Part shown: in pieces, positions 37,326 to 52,121 of the stretch | How positions within the stretch are numbered: position 1 is the stretch's first letter | Layout of the letters: the number at the start of each line of letters is the position of its first letter | Assembly: GCA_023515725.1 (NCBI GenBank) | Contig: JALDTO010000142.1 | Coordinates: forward strand, 310,001 to 374,000 | Length of the DNA stretch: 64,000 nucleotides | Direction of reading: 5' to 3' | Origin: Amoeboaphelidium protococcarum X5 | Lineage: Eukaryota; Fungi; Aphelidiomycota | The notes under the pieces: generated by a model | What the model was told of the DNA's origin: nothing | Database searches by the model: none | What the model saw: the letters and a program-made list of their open reading frames with translations, nothing else | Translations under genes and position numbers: made by a program

Positions 37326-40300
37326 TCATTTAATATTGATGCTCTTAATCAGAGAACCACCTAAACGTTCGATTGAAGCAACCACGGACTACATGTCCAG
37401 CCTCACCATTCCCGAATTATCATCCAATTCAACTGTATAATTAATGCTCTCCTACCAATGGTGCCATTGTAACACATTCTTTTTCAGAACTATTCCAATG
37501 AAAGAGTAGGATACTAAATCAACTCTAAACTGATCAATACAAGTACTGCGAGGTATCACATTAAAGATTGATTCAATAAGCATTGCTACGGGATCGTACC
37601 CAATCTTTAATTGATTCTTCATCGGTAACTGCATATTCTTGAAATAATCTTCAGCTCTTAGTCCTTTTACCGCACTGGACATTTGACGAGCCATAGTTCC
37701 AGTTTAGTGACAATCCAACCGAATGGCGATATCGTAATCACAAGTCTACGGCATAAATGTTGACATAAGAGCCTTAATGTCATACTACTACTGTAAATAT
37801 AAGCGGTCGACATGAGCAATCGCAGACTTGGCCAGGACGCGTAAACGTTGTGTCGTATCTGCATCAAAGCTATGCTATGTGAGATATGACTACTGTAACA
37901 TGCTTAAGGCCTGGGAGAAATCAACTAGTTCATCAGAATCTTCAATAGCATTCAAAACAGAGACATAAATGCCACATTTCTTTTATCCATCACGTCTAAC
38001 TTCATTGAAATGCTTCTAAACAGCGGCCATTTGAGTATTAGAATCTCTACCAAAGTTCATAATAACTGGATACTCTGCAAAATTATACTCGGCAAACAGC
38101 TATAACACCTGAAGAAATGCAGCAAATAGATTCTGTTTAGCACGCGCAGATGATCGGAATACATACACGCACAAGAGTTCTACAACTTCCTCCCTGATAC
38201 CAGACGCGTATTTCCATGTCTTCATATCTGTTAACAATAAATGAGAGGATAGCCAACGCTTTACCAAACGAATACATCCGGAAAGTACGGGATACTTGTG
38301 AACAGCAGCAGTCATAACCTGATGATGAATCGGCAACAACTCATAAAACTCTATATACTTTAAATACTCAGATTTAGCAATTTACAACTCAGACTGTGAT
38401 AACTCTGGGTTAAATTGCTGCCTCAGACGCATCTATTTCTCCTGCTTTACATGCAAATAGATGGCAAATACGTGACCAGATTCTGATACAACAACTAGCC
38501 TTTCGCTGATATCACCTTCTATACTGATAGAACGTTAACACTTGACAAACCAAGATTTCAACATTAATTCAATAAACTACTTATGAATTGATAACAAGTA
38601 CAGCTATTTCATATTCTGCAGTGCCACTAAGTCTTACGGCCACTTTGAAGAACTCTCTAGTTCAATGATCACGTCCATCAAAGGTACAGTTGGCTTTTCA
38701 AAATTGGTCTTGACATGATTCCACTCGTCTATGCTCACACGGTGTGGCACAAAGACGGAGCATTGTCTGCTGTAAGGACTTACCACTTTAATATCATTCA
38801 TATACAGAGGTAGATCTGGCAGCGATTTTAATACTTTGGAGAATTCAATACCAGCAGCTACAGCTTTATCAAAAGTAGCGTCTATCAATTCACTAAAAAG
38901 CGGATGAATGCGCTAAAGTTATCGCGGAGCATTGATTAATGTCTGCAACTTGTTATCAAAAGTGAGTGCCTAACAGCTACTAGATACGTGTTATCCGATA
39001 ACGGTTTTAATGATGTGATGTACGATATCATCCCCAGCATCAGTAACTACGTCCATGTCCCATACCACGCTATACTAAATACTGCCACTTTTGAATTTTC
39101 TCAGTTCCGCCAGTGAACCCCACAGATTCTTAAATTACTTCACAGCCTCTACATCCTCCGGCATAGGTCCATAGTCTACAGTGCGCTTACTTTAAGCATA
39201 TTGACGCGTAAATCCAATGTTAAGTACGCGAATATCTTTTTAATCAGTATCTTTAGTGCTTTACTACCACCAACACACTAAGTAATCAATGCGATCTCCC
39301 AGAGCTAGTCTGAGGAGATGCTCGATGCTATTGATTAAAGGATCATTGCAGTCCACAGAGACAGACTTCAATAGCTTCTGAAAGAATGCGGATTACCCAT
39401 CATGAATATTCTCAAAGGGAACCACTAGATGATCGTCAAACTTATCATACACACGCACAATAGAATTCATGGCCAGTCTTTCTCAGTTGAACTATGCTGA
39501 TATTTTTCTAGTAAGATAGAGAGAGATATGATGCAAAGACGATTAAAATTTGATGAATTTTCAAAACGAAATCTCTCAACAGTGAAAGATTTGATAAAAG
39601 CTATCCGTCCAATTGTATTAGTCTATTTTAAAATATTCTAATTTCACTAATCATATTTGGAACATTTTAGCGCACCAAAATTTATCTGTGGCTCTAGCGA
39701 TAAAGTTGGAATTTGAATCTTCATCAAGAGCCAAAGTGTGAACAGCCTCTTTGCAAACTGATTGAATCAACTTCCACTGATCATGAGATACACCGTGTAA
39801 GACATTCCAACCTCCTTCATAAACAGTCAAATTTATTAGTGATTATTATGCAGATCCCACCAGGTTTTTAGATGCAATAAAATGTAAAAATCCCTGGAAT
39901 AAACTATAAGCTGACACGCTCTTGTAATCGGACAAAGACTAGGAGGATTTGAGCATTAGATAGTGGGAGAACAAAAGTGTCACAACTTGACTTTACAGTC
40001 CACCGTGACATATAACGCGCCCATTAGCAGTAAATTGAGCTTTAAAATACAACTTTGCCATAAATAGTGCTTCTTCGCCATATTAAAACAGCTACAATGC
40101 AGCATGGGTGAATTTAAAGTCTCGCAAAACACACATATCACGAAGCACGTCACAGTTGTAATGTGGAGTAGGTGCTGAAGCAGTATCATCTTACTACGGG
40201 TCTCTAACACAACACTTGCCATCTATCAATTTGACAGCATCAAATACAGTATCTCTCACAAATGGAATAATTTTGATAGGTAGGAACAAAGACTGATCAG

Positions 40301-40880
40301 CATTCTTTTGACTAGCAGGTGATATCAAAAGACACGATCTCCGACCGCTAGAGCTGTCAATGTTATGATATTCTACGCGACATTAAGCACTATCTAGACC
40401 ATGTTCTAAAGCTCTCTTCACAACAGCCAGATAAAAAGCTCGCTTTTAAAAGTATTTATAATTCAAATAATCCTTCTTCTAAAAGAGCGGAGCCGGCATT
40501 TCAATAGCCATATCTATAGAAGGACCACTACTAATCCCATCGTTGATCATTGACTGATTAAACATAAATGATCCAACAACATGCACAGATGCTGGCTTCT
40601 GGAATCCAAATTTAATTTAAATATCGCGCTGATATTAATCTTTAGGCCATGGAGTATCAGAATATTCGTCGCAAGCCTAAGTGAATGACAGATCTTCTGA
40701 AATCGTCTGCATACCATCCAGAATCTCTTTGACGCGCCACAACATATCTGATGAGGCATCAAAAACACTACTATCCACCTGATACTATGCAGCAAGTCCC
40801 TTAAAATTCTTTTAAAACCATGGCGAACCACTCACGCTCCAACCTTACTGAATAACGCTTTCACTCTCAATTTGAGTCAT
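37326..40880 (-). CDS. UTP22: U3 snoRNP protein Utp22/NOL6 (Nrap family)
   Basis: FQKKDYLNYKYFQKRAFYLAV, WGSLAELRKFKSGSIQYSVVW, IELESSSKWPQDL, RLVKRWLSSHLL. Confidence 0.93.
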
Positions 40881-41040
40881 TTTTCACTCTATCTGCATTT
40901 TCGCTGATTGAAAAGACCTGAAGTACAAAAGAGACTTTAAAAGTAGCGTGCAAGTTCAAAGTGGTATTAAACGGAAGTTAATAACAAATCAAATCAGTTA
41001 ATCATGTTATAAAATAATTAATTTTGCTAAAGCGATGCTA

Positions 41041-41841
41041 TCATTCATACTCGGGAGGTGGCCAAACACTGGCTTTCGGTGTAGGATTCGCAGCCTGATT
41101 TGTGTATTAGTTGGGAGTTTCTGATATATCATTTTCCATTTCCGGAGGTGGCCATACAGATGAAGGCTTTTAAACAGCTGAACCCGCGCTAGATGGAGAC
41201 TTGGGCTTTGATGATGATCCATTCACAACTGCGGAAGTCTACTGCGATGTCAAATACTTGCCACCGGATGCAGTAGTATTATTATTCGCATTAGTAGAGG
41301 TGCTACTTGTATTTTGAGTACGCTAAGCCGCTGCCGCAGATTATCTCGATGTTGGTAGACAGCATACACCACACTGCAGTAGAAGCGCCGACAAGTAGAA
41401 AGGAACTGAAATTAAACCAAAAGCGAGAGCACTATTCAACATTGGACAATACTGAGAGGAGGTTGAGAAGGCTTGCGTTGGATCTCTGCATCCAACCTGT
41501 TGCTAAATATTAAGAATTGCAAAGAGCGGCACTAGAACACCAGCAATAACATCAAATATAAATGTGGACATTGCCGAGTCACAGCCATTCTCCAGTGAGA
41601 CCGACTTTTCCAAATCCCGCCTGATATCACTCTCTATTATCCGCTTCATGAAGAAGAAAATACTCATAATGGCAGCGAGGAGACAGATGACCAAATATAT
41701 GTACAGCAGTGGTTAATTTTGTCCAAATTTAGCTAATAGCGCTATTAAAACACCAGCGGGTATAGCATCACACGCAATGATACTCAGACGGACCCATCTC
41801 TGATCAGCAAACCAGTATCCAATCCAATTACAAACCGACAT
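41041..41841 (-). CDS. Small 4-TM membrane protein (MARVEL-like) with cytoplasmic tail
   Basis: Four hydrophobic segments, Cys pair in loop, tail with SVWPPPE twice. Confidence 0.6.
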
Positions 41842-42239
41842 TCTTAATAATCGCTTTATTTACAGAGATATCTGTATAATTTAAAGTCAGCGAAAAAGCA
41901 GAGAGTACAAGGCTAGATGAAGGATATCAATAAATTAGACTAGGAATAACAGTGAGCGTCGTTACGTTAATAGATAAAGACTGCTGACGATGATCGCTAG
42001 GCAATCATCAAACTGGAGCAACTTTAAACTAGGCAAAGAAAATCGGCGTTAACGCTTTTAGCTGAAACTGATCGACGGAGAAAATCCATTTTGGGACAAA
42101 GCGAGAGAACCTTTATATAGTAAAGCTAGCACTGATGAATCAATCCATCAAAGTAGGCACTCAAAGTAAGACGTGTATAGTATGATAACAAGTGTGAAAT
42201 AAATTTACAAGCGAATTCTATCGTGGTGAATAAAAAATG

Positions 42240-44504
42240 TCATTTATCACTCTTCTTGCTTGATGATTTCATCTTTAATCCTTTAAACATTGATTTCAGG
42301 CCGCCTTTGGAATGCTCTTTTCCCTGAGATGACAGGGATGATTTAGATTTAGAGACATCTCCCGAACCACCACTACCTGAACGCAGATTACCAATACTGG
42401 ACGCAGTGGGAATGTTGACCGGCATCTTAAGCTATTTCAGATCATCAACAAATTGATCTGGAGTCACAACATGAGTACTTCCAATAAAGATCTCACGTTT
42501 AATCAAATTAGAAATCTGGTATATGGCTCTAATCTCACTGTACGTTACTCCACCGACAATAAACAAGATGATTCGGCCACCCTTCTACTTATCGTCAACA
42601 ACTTGCTGCTATTGAGGAGACGTTGGTGCAGAGCCACCGGTAGCAGACGCATCTATAGACGGGCTCTTCTTATGCCATGATGGCTTGGTGGTACGCAATG
42701 ACGTCGCCTAGGTGGATCCAACTGACAATTAACTGGACTAATGTTACGGACCACTTGAATGCGGACTTAAATGATTGTTAGCGCCACCTGTGGCAGCAGC
42801 TGCACCCAAATTCTTTGCACCATAAGCACCGGCAAAAGTTGGCTCACGAACAAAGGGAAAGAATTCCTTCTATAGAGTGCCTTCAACTGTACTCTCCACT
42901 ACAGCTCTTAGTAAGGGCTGGTATCTGGATAGATCATATGGTAAATCATCATTTTTCTTGCGATCTTTCTTTTTATTCTATTGCAACAGCAGGGGATTGG
43001 TGGGCTTCTTACTGCTGGAATTAGAGCCTCCAAAAAATCCACTACGAGTATTCTAAGGTCGAGATAATTTGACTCCGAGTAGTGATAAATTGATAATGGC
43101 ATTAATCATTTCTGACGGTATCTGAGCATGATCAAAGATTTTACGTCTATCATCATCCTTCAATCCATCTTTGCCAATCACATACAGCATCAATAGACGC
43201 ACTTTATCATACATCTAAATGCTCGGCTCATTCAACACTGTGGTCAATGCAATCTCTACATTCTTCACGGCGCCACCATCTGCAGTCTCTCCGGTGGCTA
43301 GATCTTGCTCGACAGCCGCAATCTCCTCAAGTTTGTAACGATTAAACAGAGCCAGGCACTCTTACGCCATTGCCATATGAAGACCAAACTTGGACTTTAG
43401 TTCTTGGAATTAAGGGATGGCACTCATCATCTCTTTCAAATCCTTCAAATTATTAGCTTTTCCACCAGATCCCTTTGCAGCCTTATTCTCTGATAGAAAT
43501 TTATTAAACTATCCCACAATGATGTCTATACACTCCGCAATGTGCGAGTGTCGAATCTGCGCCCACAACTGATCAGCATTCTCATCCAGCAGGACCTCTT
43601 TATCCTTTCCATCATCCTACTTGTACTTATATCTAGTACCATTATCTGTTAACTAAAGCAAATCATTCGCCATAGCCTGGTACGTAAACTCATGTATAAT
43701 CGGGGAAGTGACATCAAAACTTCGGTCCAGTATGATCAACTGAGATCTTCCCTTGCCAAGAAAAGCTGGATCTTTACTCGGATACTGATCATCATCATCA
43801 GCGTATTATTCCAGCTGCTCATACACTAGAGCCGCAAGTTTAGAAGTGATTCTATCAAATCCAATAGTCTATTGCTGCTGTGGAATTGAAGAGTACCTGA
43901 TGAAGGGGAATTCATTAAGGGAGATACAGAACGAGGCAATCTACTTGGCAATACTGTGAAACTCCTTGTTCTATTATTCATTAGATACCTCGGTGCCGAA
44001 GAATGTTAATATACTCCACGGACGTTCACATATAAAGACGGCAGACTCGAGTACCAGATAGTCCAGAAAGAGCTCCTTCACAGTCTTTACGTACGGACGC
44101 AGTGTGGTGCAAGACTGCAGCTTATGCAGCAGACGATCATCCAGAGCAGAGGTGAAGAAAAGATGTGCCGCGGCGTACAAGTGTCCAGTCTTATTACTCT
44201 TGGCAGATGGAGTGAAATCTTCAATTATCCTATTAACCGACTCCAAGGTGGGAGACACAAAGTATATAGCTTCCATAGAGTCATACGGAGCACGACGCTT
44301 CTCCAGCGCTTCAATCAACGTAATGTTCTCATCTGTAAGTTCACTCTACCGCACCACTGCATTAGTGATCTTTAAAGCAGTTCTATCCAGAATCATAATC
44401 TTCCACTTTGCCTCCTTATTACCACCACCACCACCCTGACTATTACAAGCCCTCACCATATCATCCAGAATAATCTTTCTCACCACAGCCTTGATTCCAC
44501 TCAT
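42240..44504 (-). CDS. SEC1: Sec1/Munc18 SM protein
   Basis: [76 protein letters not shown]. Confidence 0.95.
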
Positions 44505-45143
44505 CCTCCTTACTCTGAATTCCGAACAAATTTTAATACAAAAAAAGAGTGCTACTCGTTACTGATGGAAGAAGCAATATAATAATGAAAATAGTAATAC
44601 TCCAAGAGTAATACTAAGTAGAGTATAAATCTAATAGTATTATCAGATGCTACTGATAAATGTAGAAGATCAAGAGGAGGAAGAAGAAGAGTTTCTCGAA
44701 ACAGAAAATGTGATCGCCGCACGGATTCGTTCGGTATGATGATTAAAGACATACATTGAGTGGGAGGACTCTCACGCTAATTTTAATGAACACAATTGTC
44801 GGGTAGTTTAAATTTCGTGGAATTATATTATAACTTATCCGCCATGTATTACAGTAGCCTTGTAAGCACTAGATCACTGAGAAATTAATTTTGTTGACAG
44901 AAGCGCTGACTAGAGAGAGAGAGAGTGAGCGTGAGAGATTACGAGTTGACCACTAGCGAGGATTTCCTCTTTTCTCCCATTACCTCAAATCACACTCATC
45001 AAGACTATTACCACGTATATACTGTAGGTTTCTCTTATTATACTTTTACATTTAAATAATCAGAAGCGATTTAATTACTCTCAGTGACTTGTTGATTTAG
45101 TTTGATTATCGTAGAGTATAATTGAATAAATATAATAATTGAA

Positions 45144-46469
45144 ATGTGTCTGGGATTATTTAGTGGATGTGCTAGTAGTTTATGTACTAATCTGGCGTGC
45201 TGCTTTGCGTCCAAGGCATCTGGCTGTCTCTGTGTACATCTGCGATCATCGTTCATGACTAGATTATACTACTCGATCTAGATATTTATCGCCACCATTC
45301 TCGCTTGGGCTCTGTACCATTTTGGGGCTAGGATGCCTAATACAATTACGGAGGAGTGTGATGAGGCCTGTTGGTAGTACCTGGCTGTGATGCGTGTCTC
45401 GCTTGCCATGGTGATCTATCACTCCATTCTATGTGTATTAACATTTGGTATTAGATCTGGGGAAGAGGTGCGCGCGGGTGTTCAGAATGGGTATTGGGGC
45501 ATAAAATTTATATTATGGACTGGACTTATTGTGGCCATGTTCTTTGTGCCAGATTCTTCATTCTATAACTATCACATGGCTTCGCTGATATTCGCATCTA
45601 TTTTCATTGTGCTATAATCATTTCTACTGGTGGATTTTGCATGGTCGTGGGCTCAGAAGTGGATAGAGAAGTGGGATGAGACGGGTGATGACTGGTACAA
45701 GCAGATGCTAATTGGATTCTGTGTCACGTTCTATCTCATATCACTGGTGGGCACTGTGCTAATGTTCATATACTATGGTCCACCGAATAAGCCTTAGCCA
45801 TGTGCACTCAACTCTTATTTCGTAAGTATGAATCTCATACTCATATTGGTGCATTCCATAACGTCAGTCCTGCCAAAGATTCAAGAATACTCACCAAAGA
45901 GCGGCCTATTCTAATCATCGATATTGGGTGCTTATACAACATACTTAACGGCTTCAGCTCTGATATCACAGCCTAATCAAGCCGACTTTTAATGTAATGC
46001 TAATTCTATATTCGATGATGGCAGTAATAACAATGGTGGAGATGCTTCGAATGGTTCCCTCTCCAATCTAATGACATACACTGGTATCATTGTGACATTT
46101 GTCGCTATCGGGTATAATGCCTTTGCCAGCGGATCATCTAATGTATTCTAATATGATTCTCTCGAGGACGGATAAGATGATATAGTAACAGATGAAGATA
46201 ATAATGGTATCCCACAGGATGAGTAGGAGCGTACAGTCTACAGTTACTCATTCTTCCACTTTGTCTTTGTCATTGTGGCATTCTATCTGGCCATGGTTAT
46301 CACGGATTGGTCCATCATGGAAGCGGATCTATCCAGTCCAAATGGTGTCAAGATTGTGCATGGATTCGGTGCAATGTGGGCCAAGATTATCACGAGTTGG
46401 GTGTGCTCACTGCTCTATCTGTGGACTCTTATTGCTCCGTTGATATTCCCTGATAGAGATTTTAGTTGA
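45144..46469 (+). CDS. TMS1: Serine incorporator (Serinc/TMS1) membrane protein
   Basis: Cys-rich N-terminus, RAGVQNGYWGIKF, LLVDFAWSW, PKSGLFQSS, YSYSFFHFVF, WTLIAPLIFPDRDFS. Confidence 0.96.
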
Positions 46470-46602
46470 CTTTGTTTGATTTATAAAGTTGCGTTTTTCT
46501 TCAATATTAATAGCATAGTAAATTTATGGTGATGAATTTGATATCTTTATTTAATATCAATAACAATAAAGAGAGCTTTCATATCTACCGCCGTCAATTC
46601 TT

Positions 46603-49050
46603 TCAATATGGTGTGAACGGGCCAGCAGTAAAGAGGACGTTTCTAGGTGTAAATTTCATCTCATGTAGAGGAGTTCTCTTGGTCCTGCATGTGGATATCA
46701 TACGGGGCATGGACGCGCCATTAGATAATTAAGCTGCAGATTATACCAACTACTACTACTAAAACTGTGGTGAAGGAGAAAATGTTCTCTATAAATCCCA
46801 CAAAGTCACTGTACCATCTGCAAATCCAACTGCAAGAACATGTGAGTCTGCACTAAAATCTAAGCTATACACTGCCGACGATACAGTTCGTCTCTAGGAC
46901 TCAGGGACACCATCACCTACATTACTATTTCCAGAGGTATCTTGTTAAGTATTCGCACCGAATGGAATATGGAACAGGACACGGGTGGATGCCAGGTCCC
47001 AGACAACAACACTTCCATCATCTGCACCACTGGCAGCGACTGCGCCATTCGGAGATATTCTCAAGGCGGTAACAGATGCTTATCTACTATGACCACCAAT
47101 GGCATACTGGCTCTAAACACCTGTACCAGCAGAAGCAGTATTATAGCTACCACTACCAGTAAATAGTCTCACGCAATTACTACCACCCCTGTTGATGTCC
47201 CATAATCGCATAGTCTTATCAGAGCTGGATGACAAGACATATGCATTATTAGGATGGAATCTCACCTGGTCCACATCAGACAAGTGGCCACAGAATATTC
47301 GGAGAGGGGCCACTCGTTCCACATTAAACAATTTACAAGTCTTATCCGCTGATCCACTGACAAAATATGGAGCATTCGCAGAGGCATCCAAGCACCAAAC
47401 TGGATAATTGTGAGCTTTGTAGCGCACAAGATTAGTCATAGTATCCAGAGACCAGCCTCTCACCGTGCCATCTTCAGAACATGATAACATGAAATCCGAG
47501 TCACTCAGGAACGCCATATCATAAACTGGACCAGAATGTCCAATTAGTTTACGACTCAAATGTCCACCAGCCTCGGCACCCACGGACCAGTCTTTGGCAT
47601 CTTCAAAATCCTAAACGTCAAACTCTGTGCTTCCCTTCATAGACTTTAAATGACCAGCGTCACGAGGTCCGTCTTACAAATAATCTCCGTACTCACTATA
47701 CTGCTTTTCTGAATTCACACCATTACTGCGAGTCAGAGAATACAATTTAATATAAGAATCAGAGCTTCCAGTAGCCAATACCTTAAAATCGGGAGAGAAC
47801 CTGCAGCTAGTCACGGTATTGCCCGAATTGTGTATGGTATACGTGACGATAGATGGAAGAGCCGCGGCATCTCCACTCAGCTAGACTCGATTACGATAAT
47901 CCTGGAATCTCTGCAACTGCTTCATAACATCCATATTGTTCTTTGGAGGTAGTGGCACCTATTAAAGTGGACAATTCTCTGACACTTGAGATTAAATGTA
48001 ATTCTCCAAAGCCACTTTCTAATCGCGTAGCTTATTAATCACCGCCTACTTCACGGTCAATCTTCCATCCTCACCATTGTCCTCACCCGCACCCTTCTAT
48101 AATTCGCCGTTAGAAGCCACCAAGTCATTAGGTACACCAAGACTAACATGCTAACCATTAATTCCATCTTCGAGATCAACTGCATGTCCACCGTGAACGT
48201 TTCTCGACTTATCTTCATTCGGGGATGCATTGATGGCAGAGGAGACGCCAACAGATGATGTGGTATAAACTTTCACATTCAAGAACCGCATCACCACGGA
48301 TACAATTTTACTGAGACCTTCACCAATACAGAATCCAAATAACATTTCCCAGCCCAGCGATGACATGGAGATGGTGTATTTATTATTCAAGTACAATTAA
48401 GCCACCTCAGAGCTCTTGATTAACTCATTGAGCATCTGAATGTTGACTTGTGCCTACTATTAAGATGATTTCACCTTTCTACCACCATCTTAAATCATCA
48501 ATTAAGGACTTAAATTCAATAAAGCGCCAATTTACTGAATCTCCTAATTCAACTACATACTCTAGTCATTGCCACTATCTCCACCCATTTATTCATAGAA
48601 CAATTAACATAATCCACGATATAACTCAACGCACTCATCAACTCCACCCTTCTTGCAACACTCCAAAAGGCAATACACATAGAGCGGATATACAATGGCA
48701 AACATCTCTTGCTTGTACTGGTCCAAGGATGAAGACTCAATGTATTGGACAACTTTCTTCAATTGATCAACATAGTGCATAATACAATCACGTCCACCAG
48801 TTCCCAATTACGAACCGCCAAGATCCTGACTGGCAAAGTGCAAAACTGTATTATGCAGAGGATTACTAGTGTCTAGAAGAGCACTTTCAAACAGAAACTC
48901 ATCCAAATCCTATCCATCAGAACCAGTGCCAGTCTTTGAGCTGCTTTATTACACTTCTTGCAGAAATTGCTGCTCAGTAAGCCTGTATCCACGCTACTTT
49001 AGATACGAGAATATGGCCAAATCTGTCGGATTAGTTATCTACTTTATCAT
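46603..49050 (-). CDS. TAF5: TFIID subunit 5 (LisH, NTD2, WD40)
   Basis: IFSYLKQRGY LisH, SSLDQYKQEMFAIVYPLYVY, LIGHSGPVY, RYKAHNYPVW, PLRIFCGHLSDVD, TKRTPLHEMKFTPRN. Confidence 0.95.
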
Positions 49051-49386
49051 TATAAAATGTGACAGACAGCTAGCTAATCAATACACTGAATAAGATATTT
49101 AAATTAAAGCACTGGAGATACTATACCACACAATAAATTCACTAAAATCACAATTTTCAAGTTAAAAGCCAATCCCACCACGTTCCAAAGCGAGAAGTAA
49201 AAGAAAGAGTTAGAGGAAAGAGAGAACGCGAACGCGACCGAGTAATGGCTGAAAGGAGGTATCACGAACTCTGGCACTCAGTTTGCTCTCCCGCCGATAT
49301 CGTTGGATGCGTTTCAACAATATTGTAACCTTATTTCTTGCAACGCTTCATTTAACATAGATACAAAGGGTATAATACTAGGAAAT

Positions 49387-49842
49387 ATGAGCGAAATGTA
49401 GCGATATATAGAGTAGGCCTAATTAGAGGCTGAGAAGGCGGAGTAGCTGGCAGGAAATGGACAATCTGTTCAAGAAGCCGCGGAATGTTGTCTTCGTGCA
49501 GCAAAGTTATATGAACAGGCACTTTCTCTATGCGATGTTGGTTCCGAGATTCACAAGACATTGATACTTCTGCAAAAGTCCCACTTGGAAAAGTACAATG
49601 AGTTGAAGAATCTTATCCTGCAATAATCTAATCCTAGCACTCAGTAGTCATCAGCTCAAAATTCTTACGCGACTCGAGGAAATCAGATGCCATCATTACT
49701 GGAGAAAACAGAGACGCTGTTTTACTAACGGTACAGGGAAATTTATCAGTCCTTCCAACCACTCACGGTTGGTTAAAAAATGGAATCCAAACAAACTGAT
49801 GGTAGTTATAGTATTCTGACTAATTCCATTGCGGATGAATGA
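49387..49842 (+). CDS. MIT-domain protein, NRBF2/Atg38-like (ends uncertain, possible extra exon)
   Basis: AQLEAEKAEQL..QEAAECCLRAAKLYEQAL..KTLILLQKSHLEK three-helix pattern. Confidence 0.5.
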
Positions 49843-50022
49843 CATCATACTGCTTATATCATGTGATTTATAAGTCGAGTTTAAATTGGAAGGACGCAAT
49901 ATGTAGCGTTCTGATAGATGATGACGGTGACTTAAACTTGAGACGCGCCTACGCCTAAAAGTACCGAACATTCAACAAATAGTTTGAATCAATGAGATAT
50001 AAATCTAATCAATCTAATACTT

Positions 50023-51906
50023 TCATTTCTATTCAACTTGATCCAAAATGCTCTTTAATATACCTGCAACTGCCTTTCCATACTTGATCAGAACAGTAAT
50101 CTCTTTCTCAAGATTGGTCAAATCATCGCCACTATCTTTATCTTCTGCCATTCTATAATTATAGTTGGGTAATAACCAGGTCACCAGATTTTAATAATTC
50201 TTAACTAGATGATTAAGCCTCTTTGCATTGGCAACCATCTCATCTTGGCTTTTCCGAAACGTCAAATCCACAATCTCTCTGCGCATTATCTATAACGCCA
50301 TTACAGTATTCTTATTATGGCTCAATACGTAGCCTGACGCGGTTATGCGCTGATTTAGGATCTTGCGCTAGATTTCTTCAGCATCTTTAAACTTTTGGGC
50401 AAGAACGCGTTTTATACTTGCTGCTCTGGAAGGCAATTAAGCATTCAATGTCTTCATATGTTAAATCTTCTCTTCGCTGGATTCAACTATCTCTGTGCAG
50501 ACATCTAACGTGCTAATCGATAAGAGCAACTTATTTTCTAGCTCATACAGCTTTTAAGATAGTTGCAATTCTGCACCAATAAATTCTGCCGACCTTTATG
50601 TACGGTAAAGATGAGTGGACAGACGCAGGATTTCACTCAGATCAAAGTCCTTGAACTGAAGCTCAGGCTTTTTGACAATTTTCGCAATTTAGTTCATCTT
50701 AAATATGATCAGATCCATCTGAAAGGCATCCTTTTCTTACTAATCATCGGCTTCCAAAGTCGCTTTGTCATCACTGTTATCAGTTTAACTTTATATCCGG
50801 CTAGTAGGCAATGATTCAACAACAGGCTTCTTCTTCGGCTTCTTTTTCTTTTTAGACTAGTTCTTGCCAGTGGTCTATTAGGCAGCAGGCTCAGCCTTAT
50901 CTGTCACCGCAATAAAAGGCTCAGGTGCATCAACAGCTGACTATAGCTCAATCGACTACGCGTCTGCTAAATCATCCTATTCAGCTATATCTTCATCGAC
51001 AGGATCCGAGTCCATTAAAATATCAAAATGATTGGTGACTTTAATTGGCTTCTTTGATACTAAAGAATGAACTGGTAATGGAGGAGATTCAAAGTAATTG
51101 CCATGCTCAACGCTAAAGTGCATATCATCTGGCAGATCATCATTCACAATCTATTCTTCTTATTCTTCTTCTATTACGTCCAATCCATTCCTCTCATTAT
51201 GTTCTTGAGACTACAGTAATTTTTATTGGCTCTGCAACGAGATATCCACATTATCTACCTCCGCATCCAACTCATTACCTTGAAGATATTCTGCGCTCTA
51301 GATGGATTATTATTGATTTGCCGACGTTGGAGGCTTATCTTCTACTTCTTCGTCACGAACATCACTAGAAGAATATTGCGTAGGCTATATTGACTACTAC
51401 TACTACTACTACTATTAATATTCCAAATGCAACGCGCCTTCTTACGGTGATATCTACTCAAGAACATCGTCCACCTCTTACAGGACAGTCTTCACCGCAT
51501 CAGATTGTTAATTGACAAGCACAATGTTGGCCTAATTAGCTTGGCCCTTCTCTAGATGAGTACGAGGTATGATTTTCGACTTGAGTTCTGCCAGTTGATT
51601 AGCATATTTGCTTAAGGTATCACCACCAGAAGGCAAAGAAACATCAAAATTCAAGTTGCTATAATCCTTAATCTTCTCCAAAATATCATCCATTTAATTG
51701 AGAATGCACATATTATACTCGCATATGAACAATGTCTAGCTAGCATATATTGATAGATACGTGTCCTCTTCCAAAATGAACGAAGACACTACAGTCTTAT
51801 AAAATTACTTTAGAGAGTCGAGTTGAGGCTCAGTCGAGATATCTTTGCTGTCCATCAAAGCAATGCTGCTCTCAATGGCGCGTATAATCTAGAGCATTGT
51901 AGCCAG
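50023..51906 (-). CDS. Hypothetical coiled-coil/acidic protein; frame is open up to the transposon left end (probably 5'-truncated)
   Basis: Uninterrupted TAR=Gln frame from 51906 to TGA 50023; first ATG (51897) only 9 nt from the TIR. Confidence 0.65.
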
Positions 51907-51956
51907 TACGGAGTTCGAGAAACGCAAAACCGCCTCGCAGTTTAAAATTACTAAAC
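51907..51956 (+). repeat. Left TIR
   Basis: TACGGAGTTCGAGAAACGCAAAACCGCCTCGCAGTTTAAAA. Confidence 0.85.
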
Positions 51957-52121
51957 ATAGAAAGTAAAATGAAAGTTCCCATTAATATTTTAAATGATTT
52001 TTAATTTTTATTTTGTTTTGTAATTTTAAAAATAAATTCATTGCTATTTTGTTTCTTATCATGCACTATATCCGCCTTATAATAGGGGACATCTTAACTC
52101 GAATTCATTTTTTGCAGCAAA

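Noticed and set aside
44736-44880. Box C/D snoRNA candidate (ATGATGA...CTGA) in the SEC1-TMS1 intergenic region
   Set aside because: No terminal stem and no rRNA guide complementarity I could identify; needs snoscan/Infernal
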